Below are positions 1-10,001 of a stretch of DNA of 64,000 nucleotides, piece after piece (the stretch's first letter is position 1; each line of letters opens with the position of its first letter). The notes under the pieces are model-generated. The model did no database searches, had not been told where the DNA came from, and saw only the letters and a program-made list of their open reading frames with translations. The translations under genes were made by a program, and so were the position numbers. Origin of the DNA: Azolla caroliniana (lineage: Eukaryota > Plantae > Polypodiophyta); assembly GCA_043228905.1 (NCBI GenBank), contig JBHGNT010000009.1, positions 9,672,001 through 9,736,000 of the forward strand, given 5' to 3'.

Positions 1-172
1 ACAAACCATCATGATATTCGAATTGTCGGTAGTCAATACCTGGTTGTTGAGACTGAGAACAGGATGCCCGAGAAGTATCAATGTGCGCCAGGATGTCTTG
101 AGCAAAACTATCCGTCTTCAAGTTTGAACGTATGTCATCGGTAATCCGTGAATCCATCGGGGTGTGAAAAAT

Positions 173-2214
173 CTACGTCGTGTGCAATCGTGTTGGTCCC
201 AAGATTATTTGCTTTTGATAATCAAATGTTGGATCACCAGGACGAGGTGCAAGATATGAACGCCGTGATAGTGCATCTGCTTTTCCTTGCTGCTTCCCCG
301 GTCGATATGTGATTTTGAAGTCGAAACGCGTGAGGAATTGTGCCCATCGAGCTTGCCGTCGATTTAGTACGCGAGCGTTCTGGAAATAAGCAAGATTTTT
401 ATGATCACTAAAGACAATGACCTGATGTGGAGAGCCCTCTAAGAAATGCCGCCATTGCACAAATGAATCCACGATGGCTAATAACTCCTTGTCATGTATT
501 TCGTAGTTGATTTCCGCGACATCGAATTTGTGCGAGTGGAAAGCCACCGGATGCAACTCTTCTTTATGTCCTTGTTGAGAAAGGATGCTACCGAGGGCGA
601 AATCTGAAGCGTCAGCCTCCATGATGAATGGTTTGCTGGTATCCACATGAGCTAGAATCGGTGATGATGTAAAGGCTTTCTTAAGATGCCGAAAAACCAT
701 ATCCGCCTCAATGGACCAAAGAAATGCTTGGACCTTCGTAAGTTGTGTGAGGGGTAAAATAATCTTCGAGTAATCCTGTATAAACTTACGGTAGAAGTTA
801 GCAAAACCTAGAAAACATTGTACATCTCGTACCGACCGTGGAATTTGCCATTCTAATACAGTTTGGACTTTAGCTGGATCCATGGCGATGCCCTTTGAGG
901 AGATGACGTAGCCTAGAAATTCCACTTGCTTGCAGTCAAAGCTACATTTTTCTAGCTTGGCATAAAGACCATTCTCGCGGAGTCGCTTTAGTACTAATAG
1001 TACATGAGAATCGTGCTCTTGCTGGGTCTTCGAATAAATCAATAGATCATCCAGATAGATGATCAAACAGATATCCAAGAGGTCTCTGAATATATCATTT
1101 GCCATGTGTTGGAAGACTACGGGTGCATTGGTTAGGCCGAACGGCATAACAGTATACTCGAAATGCCCATACCGCGTGCGAAAGGCGGTCTTCCATTCAT
1201 CTCCCGGTCGGATCCGCACGAGGTTATACGCTCCTCGTAGATCGATTTTGGTAAAAAACTTGGCACCATTAACTCGCTCTAAAAGACTTGATATAAGAGG
1301 AAGTGCATACATACTCTGGATGGTGACCTTATTCAATCCACGGTAATCAACGACGAGACGAAGTGAGCCATCTTTCTTCTTGACAAAGAAGATGGGTGCA
1401 CCGGCCGGAGATTTCGAATGACGGATGAACCCGCTTGCCAAGTTCTCCTCTATGTAGGCTCGAAGGACTTCTAACTCAATGCGTGACAAGTTGTAAATTG
1501 GTCCCCATGGGGGCTCGGTTCCTGGTTGTAAATCGATGGGACAGTCATAGGGACGGTGATGAGGAAGGGTACCGGCTTTTACCTTGTCAAATACATCGGC
1601 ATAAGGATGATATTTTGCCGGAAGTTGTATTGAGGAGTCCTTAATAGTGCTGGAAGGATGTACTGATATTGCAAATAGGAACATTGCCTCCTTGTGTCCT
1701 TCTTCGCGTAATTGATGGAGTGAAATGGTCGAAACTTGATGAGTAGATTCTTGGGGTGGTCGATATCGGACTTCTCTTGTTCTCCAATCTATGGCTGGAT
1801 TATGTAATTCAAACCAAGGTAATCCTAGGACAATGGGATGCTCTGGACTACTAATTATATTAAATGATATTACACACACAAAACTACCTAGGACAACTTG
1901 AATGGGTTCTGATTATTCTACAATATTCCTGGAAGCAATGGGACGACCATCAATGACTACTACAGATGCGGGACAAGGAAGTTTTCTTAGGGATATCTGA
2001 GAAGCTTGGGCAAAATTTCGATCCATGAAACAGGAATTACCTCCAGAATCTAAGAGTGCTAGGACGAGTACTGGGGGAGTACTTTTAGTACTAACAATGA
2101 CTTAGGCTAGGAACACATTGCTAACTTGCTTGGAAGGAATGGAACCACTAATGGGCTGTACAGATCTAGGGCTACTGTCCAACCAAACGGCTCCTATTTT
2201 GGCTGGACTCAATC
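173..2214 (-). pseudogene. G1 pol (aspartic protease, reverse transcriptase, RNase H), with premature stops
   Basis: ORF 173-1879 has KIDLRGAY, MPFGLTNAP, YLDD, ADASDFALG and DALSRR. The protease motif (LLDSG) lies upstream at about 2040-2060, with in-frame stops near 2045 and 2102. Confidence 0.9.
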
Positions 2215-3366
2215 GTTTAACTCTTCATCTAATTGACTAAGGATTTCAAATTTGTTTGAGATACTTGGGCTATTAGTACTATGAATACTATCTGACACTC
2301 TATTAGTACTATTAATACTATCAGACACTCTGAAGGGAAGAATTGACTCGGGTTTAGTACAGGCGACGATTTGATTTACCTGTCTTCTAGGCCTATGGGG
2401 ACAATTGATGGCAATATGTCCTAGTCCACCGCAATAAAGACATAATCGATTGGCACATCGTCATTGCTTTTCTTCTTCCGATAACGGACCGCGTCGACGC
2501 ATGGTGTCGATCTCCATCGGGGTCGAAATATTGGCTTGAGGTACATCGCGTGCAAACGGTCTAGCCGTGACTGAGGCGTATGTGGGTTCCGGCCGAGAGC
2601 GTGGTATTTGTAATTGACGTTCCGAATGCCGTTCGAAAAGGCGGTTGTCGCATCAGACCGCTCGACTGATTGCCTCCGTAAGAGACTTTGGTTCTTCGGG
2701 GAAGGTTAAAAGTAAATCTTTGACATCATTGCGCAAGCCGTAGTGAAACTGCTCCATGAGGGCCTGATCATCCCAGGGGATATCTGAGGCGAGTAGACGG
2801 AAATCCGCCGCGTAGGCAGAGGCTGGACGATCGCCTTGATACAATCTTCGGATCTTGTTGATCACCGTCCTGATGTTGTCGGTATCTCCAAAGCAGGCTT
2901 TAAACTCACCAATAAAATCTTCAAAGTTATTAAGCAAGGGTGATTGTTTTTCTAGAAGTGGAGCGAACCATGCCAAGGCTGAGCCGCTAAGTAACGTGCC
3001 TATTAGGCCGACTCGAGATGCATCAGTGGGATATCGGGAAGGATGCATCTGGATGACTAAGCGTACCTGATTAAGGAATCCCCGGAATTGCGATCGCGTT
3101 CCATCAAATTTCACAGGAAGTCCAATCTTGGGCTCTTTATGAAATCCTTGGGGACTTGATCCTTGTTGTTGCAATGCTGCTTCAAGTTGTTGTACCTGTA
3201 ACGCTAACTCCCCATGTTGTTGTTGCGTTTGTTGTTTTTCGAGAGGGATTTGTTGCAGATGCCCTATCAACCGTTGGTTTTCTTGTTCCAGGGCAACAAA
3301 CTTTTCTTTTAGGCACTGTAACTCGAAGAAAACGGATTGATATTCTTGGGCACTAACAGTAGCCAT
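2209..3366 (-). pseudogene. G1 gag (coiled coil, capsid, CCHC knuckle), broken by a premature stop at 2653
   Basis: ORF 2653-3366 aligns with gag at 40024-41148. The frame continues past a TGA (CGA in the other copy) through CLYCGGLGHIAINC to a stop at 2209-2211. Confidence 0.88.
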
Positions 3367-3698
3367 AGTAGAGGGAAAAGGGTAGGAGGATGAGGGAGAA
3401 CGACAAGTAGGCTGGAGGAAAGAACAAATTGGTTCAAACTATCAGGAATAGTACTAAAGCAGAGATGGAATTAGTACTAAGAAGAGCAGTACTATTAGTA
3501 CTAAGAGGACGGGACTACGTAAGATTCCCGAGAGAGAGGAAGTGAGAAGAGGAGAGAGAGAAAGATAATGACAGCAGCTAATATATTATGTGAAAAAGAT
3601 AAGTACAAGCGGCTAAGAGGCTTAAGACTGCTGTTGAACCAATTTGGTTCAACATAATGCCTAGTGCCTTCTTTTATAGTGTTGTCAGGAGTAATCCT

Positions 3699-3716
3699 GA
3701 AACTTCTAGAATGTTC
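3699..3716. promoter_or_regulatory. Heat-shock element in G1 LTR U3
   Basis: GAAacTTCtaGAAtgTTC is four alternating nGAAn units, about 20 bp upstream of the TATA box. Confidence 0.7.
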
Positions 3717-3792
3717 CAAAAAAATCTGGAATATACATTACTTTCTTATAATAAAACATAAATGAAAATAATATCCTATGAATTACAATAGA

Positions 3793-3852
3793 TGGTGTGA
3801 TGGTTAAGAGCTCGACCCATATACCATAAGGTCATGGGTTTGAGTCTTGCCA
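3793..3852 (+). promoter_or_regulatory. tRNA-like Pol III A-box/B-box cassette in G1 LTR
   Basis: TGGTGTGATGGTTAAG ... AGGTCATGGGTTTGAGTC. A-box T to B-box G is 45 nt, as in tRNA (T8 to G53). Confidence 0.6.
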
Positions 3853-4498
3853 TATCATGACAGTTCCAAGAAATCGTCGGAAGCCTTATATATTTGACAA
3901 TCACCTGACCCGACATTAGTTATCCGGTCGGCGTGATCAACCAATATATGCAAAAGCCGACCGTGGAGCACCTTCTATGCGCGCATCAAATTTTGCGATA
4001 TGTTAGCGGCACGAAGGACCAGGAAAGAGCTAGTCGGCTACACCGATGCAGACTGGGCCAATGATGCATCGGATCGCCGATCCACCTCCAGCTATATGTT
4101 TTCCCTTGGTAGTGCGGCTGTTGCGTGGAGCAGCAAAAAGCAGCCAACAATGGCCCTTTCGAGCATTGAGCTAAATACCGGGGCACTATTGTTGCCACCT
4201 GTGAAACCATTTGGCTTCGACGACTGTTGCAAGACTTGTGGATCGAGGTGTCGACCCCAATCCTAATCTACTGCGACAACATAAGCAGCATGCAGCTCGC
4301 CAAGAACCCCGTATTCCATGCTCGCACAAACCACATAGAAGTGCACTACCACTTCGTGCGTGAGCGTGTCTTGAGCAGTGAAGTCGAACTTCGGTATGTT
4401 CATACAGATCGGCAAGTTGCCGACATCTTCACCAAACCGCTCGGATCGGACAAGTTGCAGCACTTCACCGAAATGCTTGGTGTTCAACATCTCTACGT

Positions 4499-5409
4499 TG
4501 TCGTGCCTTTCAGCTTCAGATCATTACGTGAGTCGGGCGGGAATCGATGGGGCTTTGGACTAGGAGGAGGAAGAATTTGAGGCTAATCTTGTGAATCCCA
4601 CAAGTATTACATTAATCAATATTTATGTAAGAATATGAATTTAGATTGAAGGAGATAGATTATATAAAACTTCATGAATCCCACGATTATATTATATTAA
4701 TTGGTGTTTTAGGAAATATATCCAATTCCCCAAATATTTCACACCTATTACGTTGTGCTCCTCATCCTTATATAGTGATGAGAGAGTCTTCACAATCCAT
4801 GCTTTTTCTCTAACTATAGACTATATGCTTTATCTAACATGCTTTTTCTAACTTTAGTTTTCATGCACACTGCATGTGCATGATTAGCTTTCTATCTCAT
4901 CTTTTTCTTTTAACTCGAGTGTGTATGTATGAGTAACTTTTTGTACTATGCATATCTAGAATATTTACATGGGATAAAGTTTAGTATACCTTTAAAATTC
5001 ATAATATGCTAGTATAGTGATAAGGCTTAACATTATTAACATGGAGGTGCAAGGTTCAAATCTTGCCCTATGCACGTTATATATATTTTTATAGTTTCTT
5101 CTATTTACAAATATATCTCTTCATCCGATGAGAGGCTCTCACCGGCCTTCTTCATCCGGCTCTTGCCGGTTCTGCTTCATCCGGTTCTCGCCGGTTTTCT
5201 TTATCCGGTTCTTACCGGGTCCTCCTTACCGGTCCTCCTCGTCCGTTTCTCACCGACTCTCACCGGCCTTCTTCATCCGGCTCTTGCCGGGTTTGCTTCA
5301 TCCGGTTCTCGCTGGTTTTCTTTATCCGGTTCTTACCGGTTACTCCATGTCCTATCCGGAGAGACCAAAAATGTAGTTTTTCACGTAGTGTGTGAATTAC
5401 ACTACAACA
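4499..5409 (-). mobile_element. Probable solo LTR with a tRNA-like cassette and a CCGG repeat block
   Basis: TGTCGTG...TACAACA termini flanked by ACGT at 4495-4498 and 5410-5413. Minus-strand TATATAA at 4768-4774. Confidence 0.6.
5010..5068 (+). promoter_or_regulatory. tRNA-like Pol III A-box/B-box cassette in solo LTR
   Basis: TAGTATAGTGATAAG ... AGGTGCAAGGTTCAAATCTTGC. A-to-B spacing is 44 nt. GCAAG/CTTGC can pair as a T-arm-like stem. Confidence 0.6.
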
Positions 5410-5413
5410 ACGT

Positions 5414-6129
5414 TGTCGTGAAGATTTTCGTCCATAGGGGGAAAACCGAGCGGAGTAGGCAAAACCGGGGTGTGCAACGTCGCACACGCACATTATGTTT
5501 TGTAAAATATTAATAAGAACAAAAGTAGATTGTAAGAAATGCACCACAAGATTCCTAAAGTATAAATGTGATGTGCACTTATGTGCACATCCACATGAGA
5601 GAGAGAGAAGTACATAGGAGTACGAGGTGAGTAAGTAGCATAGTAGTATGTGTGAGGAATGGGAGTTAGGGCCCCATCAATCCCTCCTCCTAGAATCCAA
5701 GAAAATATCCCCCATTGAATGAAGGGGATATTTAGTCTCTCCCTTTTGTAATGGCTTCCTCTCCTTATGCTATAAAAGGAGAGGAAGGGGCACCATTGAA
5801 GGGGTTGCCTATTCTTTAGTAAGAAGAGTTATACCACATAGGTCGAGAGTATCTATTCAATTAGGGTTTCCCCATATCTTTCTTTACTAATCCTATTAGG
5901 GTTTTCATTCTGTTTATGTCTTGAGTCCGGCCCACGCGGCCGCGGTTGTAATCGCATTGAGGCTTTCATGCCCATAATATACATAGCTTCTTGAATCTAA
6001 TCTCTTTCTACTTCCTCTGTCGTGTTAATCTCTTCCACTTGCTCATGCCCGTCTTCCCATCTACTCCCTAGTCCAAGACCCCCATGGTCCTGCCTTATTC
6101 TACACACATCCGCGAGGATTTCCTCGATA
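5414..6129. mobile_element. Second probable solo LTR, adjacent to the first
   Basis: Starts TGTCGTGAAGATTTTC and ends in a degenerate inverted copy (GAGGATTTCCTCGATA). Contains TATAAAA at about 5771. Copia 3' sequence resumes right after it. Confidence 0.4.
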
Positions 6130-8205
6130 CAAGTCCGAACAAGTCAGAACAAGCGACAGCTTTAGCAGAGTCAGGAAGGATAGAGCCAACTTGAAGAAGA
6201 AGGCCAAGAACCGGACATGATCTGATGTGGTGAAGGGCCTGGAACCGGAAGACGAATCGGGAGCAACCGATTCGAACAAGAGCTGGAACAAATTGGAGAC
6301 AGCCGATTCGGTTCAGCAGATGGATTCAGAAGAACCGGATCAACTCAACGCCAAGAGGACGAGAAGATAGCGGAAGTTGACGCCAACACGAACGAATCGG
6401 CAAATCGGCAAGCGTCGAAGCCACAGCAACAAGGGAGGTGAATTGGGCCTGTTGAGTAAACTAGCCGACCGAGGAGGTCGAGGTGCGCAGAATCAGAAGG
6501 GTCGCGACAAACGGGACCGGACCTGACGAGGAGCGCAAGCAAGGCGGAGTGACACCAGAAGGAGCCGGGTGGAAAGACTGGCTGCCATGGAGACTGACAC
6601 TACGATCCGACCTCAAGTTGAGCTTGAGGGGGAGTGTTGAGCGGCAAGCTCAACCGAATCCGGATTGGCTCAATCAGCCTGAGCTGGATTGGCATTCGGA
6701 AGGATGAGCCTGTGAGAAAGTGAGCCGGTGAGCTGGAGAGCCGGTTTACCGGATCCAACAATAACCGAAAGCCTAGTAGTAGCCCAGACTACTAGGTAGT
6801 TAATGTCTCGTAGTTAGTTTTAGACGCTCGTGTGAGCATTGAAGTACACCATACTTCTGTCAATCCTCTTAGGACTTGTATAAATAGTGTTCTTGAGCAC
6901 GTTGTATGTACAGAGATTTTTACAGAGTTGTTGATAATAGATTTAAGTTGTTCAGCTCTCTCTCTGTCTCTCTCGCGTACTGTGTATATGCAAGCTCTCC
7001 ATAAAACCTGTGTTTCTGTTTTTGGTTTTCTATTGCTTCCGCACGCTATTCTTTTTTTTTCAATACTTATGTGTTTGTGACAAAGATTTAGTCCAGGATA
7101 AACACCCCTTTCATTCAGTGCTAGGGTCGGGTTTGGTCCTTCCCTTCTTCGTGCACCTCGAGTGTCGTATCTCCTCGAGGGTCTAGCTCCTTTGTCATTC
7201 CCTACCCTCTTTTGTCCAACTAGCACTTCGTAATTTTGGTCGAGCGGCTTCTACTAAGCCCCTCTTCTCTTCTACTAGATCGCCCCCACCCTCTCCAAAC
7301 TATTACATAACATAGATATAAAGAAACTAGGTAGATATATCTTAGAGTTACATAAAGAGAATAAGCTATAAATTTCTAACCATATCTTCGCTAATATTCA
7401 CCAACATGTAACCATTGAAAATTGTTAGGGACAAGAGGGGAAGATGAGTGTGTACACACTTGGCATCTCCATCACTGAAGCACAAAACCAAAGAACAACA
7501 AAATGTCGTTGGATTTTGGGCCTCAAAGTTAGTTGTTGTGTAGAAGAAATTAAAAAGATTAGGGAATGTGAGTTACACCGCCTAAAAGCTATGGTCGGGT
7601 TACCTTTTACACCCACATCGAAACCCTTTGATCTCCCGCGCCTTTTTGAGAGACTTGGATGGAAATGAAACTAGGCCTAGCACGTAGTCATTTCCATTCT
7701 AAAATATGTTACACCGAAACACCTTATGTACAATACTAAAACTCTTTTATCTATATTTCTTTTATTTTTATTTTCGACGAGTGGGTACACCTCCCATTTT
7801 GTTGTAACCAATTGTCTCATGGAGCAATGACATAATAATGAAAAAAGGAGGATTACTACTAGATAGTCTACATACGTATCGTCTAACATTGGTGAGAGAG
7901 AGAGGTTATTCCTCAACTTTATTCCCCAATAACTACCGGAAGCAATTCTAGTACATGTTTTAGACACATTGTATCGTGGTAAACAGGGTTAGGTGTGAGT
8001 GCGTTGAACTTTTGTTTTCAGCCGTCCACGACAATTATGGACAATAAAGAACTTTAGCCCCGATTCTTCGTTGAAACGTAGAGTGACGATAATAAATATA
8101 TTGGCTTTTCAACATTATGGCCATGTTCAAAATTAAAGCAATTGAAGAGTCAATGGTGGATGTGGACAAAATGGTTAACATTGCACATAGACCACCACAT
8201 ATCTT

Positions 8206-9360
8206 ATGTATCAGCTCCATAGAATGGTTTCAATATATCTACTCATACTACTGGCATTATGTATCACTCCGGCGTTGGGCGTGGTGCATCGGCAACCCTC
8301 ACATGTGAAGAGCGCTTATTTCTATTACGGCAGTGAAGTTAGGCCAACCAACATCGACACCACGCTCTTCACTCATCTCTACTATGCATTTGCGTCGTTG
8401 GACCCCGTCACTTACGAAGTCAAGAGGGCTTCCTACGACACTAGTCGCTCCATCTCTACCTTCTCCGCCACCGTTCGTGCCTCCAATCCCTCCCTCAAAA
8501 CCCTCCTCTCCATCGGTGGCGGTGGATCAGATGCCACTTCTTTTGCAGCCATGGCCGCAACCCGCATGGGGCGTGCCGCCTTCATCAACAGCAGTATCAC
8601 GGTGGCACGATCCTCGGGATTCGATGGGCTAGATCTGGATTGGCAGTTCCCACAGTCGGCCACGGACATGGCCAACCTGGCGATCTTGTTGAAGGAGTGG
8701 AGGAAGGCGGCAAAGAAGCAGTCTCCACCGCTCCTCTTGACCGCCGCTGTCTATTATAATGTCACGCTGCGTCTGGATGGGCTAGGGGCCAGATCCTATC
8801 CAACGGACGCCATAGCTTCCTACCTGGACTGGGTGACTCTGATGACATACGATCTGCACGGGAGCTGGGAGAAATCACAGACAGCACAACACACGGCGCT
8901 GTACGACAACACCACAGAGCAGATCCTGACGGTGAATTACGGCGTCCAACAGTGGCTAGAGGCGCAGCTTCCCCCGTCGTCTGCCCTGCTGGGCCTGGCC
9001 GCATACGGTTATCTATGGTTCCTGAAGGATCCCAAGGTACACGGCGTGGGAGCCCCCACTTCTGACTCCGTCTCCGCAGCCACTTTTTCCAGCATTCAGT
9101 CGGACGTGCGTGCGGCCAAGGGCAAGTGCCGGGTGGACAAGACCACTGTTGCCGCCTACTGCTATTGGACCACCCCACCTCCCGGAAATACAACCCTTTG
9201 GGCTGGTTTCGATAACCCCACGACCATCGGTAACAAAGTCTCATACCTTCGTAAAAGGAGATTAAGGGGTTACTCCTTCTGGAGCATCGGTGAGGACACC
9301 GATAACTTACTCTTCAAACGAGGTGAGGTTCCTATACTCTTTCATCGCATCTCTGCCTAA
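8206..9360 (+). CDS. GH18 class V chitinase-like protein, secreted, catalytic Glu replaced by Gln
   Basis: Hydrophobic signal peptide, FTHLYYAFA, LSIGG, FDGLDLDWQFP, LMTYDLHGSW and GYSFWS. The start could be 8206 or 8224. The last residues may be intronic (AG/GTGAG at 9323). Confidence 0.93.
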   Translation: MYQLHRMVSIYLLILLALCITPALGVVHRQPSHVKSAYFYYGSEVRPTNIDTTLFTHLYYAFASLDPVTYEVKRASYDTSRSISTFSATVRASNPSLKTLLSIGGGGSDATSFAAMAATRMGRAAFINSSITVARSSGFDGLDLDWQFPQSATDMANLAILLKEWRKAAKKQSPPLLLTAAVYYNVTLRLDGLGARSYPTDAIASYLDWVTLMTYDLHGSWEKSQTAQHTALYDNTTEQILTVNYGVQQWLEAQLPPSSALLGLAAYGYLWFLKDPKVHGVGAPTSDSVSAATFSSIQSDVRAAKGKCRVDKTTVAAYCYWTTPPPGNTTLWAGFDNPTTIGNKVSYLRKRRLRGYSFWSIGEDTDNLLFKRGEVPILFHRISA

Positions 9361-10001
9361 TAATAAGCAACTTGCGGTAGAGGATAAGTTGCATCAGAGT
9401 AGTTACCATCCCATATCATTTGCATTTACAAATGGAGGGATGCATACATAAGTAAAGGACATCTCCACATGGTAAAATATGCAAAACATATACTGACTCG
9501 TAGGATTAAAACAATTACAATCTACAGATCCTTGTTAAATCACCGCATGGGGTACGCATTTTGCATATAATATGTGAACTAGTGGAGTCCATACACTAGA
9601 ATTCCCAAAAAATATCTTGGCCATGAGTGCCCTTGATATTAAAAAATTTAAAGGGAAGTTCCATTTCTCAATAATGTGCCAAAGAAAATTCAACATGATC
9701 TCATTGACAAAAGGAACTTAGCCACGTTCTCATATATTCTTTCCTAAGGCCAACCACGATATATTTTTAAGTTATAAAATCTTAACCACGTTCGTACTTC
9801 ATTCATTGTGAGGACCTATAAATTCTAGAATCTCTAGTTGACAAAATTTCGTAGACTTTTAAATATTGTAAACTAATATCAATATTAAACACAACTTGCT
9901 TTACTTCTAATTTGGCTTTTCTCATAAGACTCAATCTTCTATCATAAAATGTCAATAAGGGATTTAAAAACTCCTCTTTTGTGAACAAACAATATATAAA
10001 A

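Larger units (their letters stand above)
1..3862 (-). mobile_element. Ty3/gypsy LTR retrotransposon, Tcn1/Tf1-like (element G1); 3' part runs off the window
   Basis: Order gag-PR-RT-RH on the minus strand with a 5' LTR at 3440-3862. Protein is closely similar to the complete element at 35922-41707. It is inserted in the RT of a copia element, which resumes at 3863 with QEIVGSLIYLTIT. Confidence 0.93.
3440..3862 (-). repeat. 5' LTR of G1
   Basis: On the + strand it ends ...catatcatgaca, like the 35922 element's LTR (...gttatcatgaca). It is flanked by the same aaattggttcaaac PBS. Minus-strand TATAAAA at 3672-3678. Confidence 0.85.
3863..7082 (+). mobile_element. Decayed Ty1/copia element (family A), 3' half: RT end/RNase H, 3' region, PPT, 3' LTR; interrupted at 4499-6129
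   Basis: GYTDADWA, WSSKKQ, YCDN, HARTNHIEVHYHFVRE and ADIFTKPL at 3863-4494. PPT ttgagggggag at 6624-6634. LTR starts tgttgagcggcaagc at 6635 and resembles the LTRs ending at 30538 and 46777; its right end is approximate. Confidence 0.85.

Noticed and set aside
7425-7967. Small ORFs conserved between 7.4-8.0 kb and 14.3-14.8 kb
   Set aside because: Their conservation simply reflects the recent DNA duplication; no coding signature.
8333-9244. Overlapping alternative-frame ORFs in the chitinases (also 15176-16033)
   Set aside because: Expected shadows of a GC-rich CDS, and their ends are not all conserved between paralogues.
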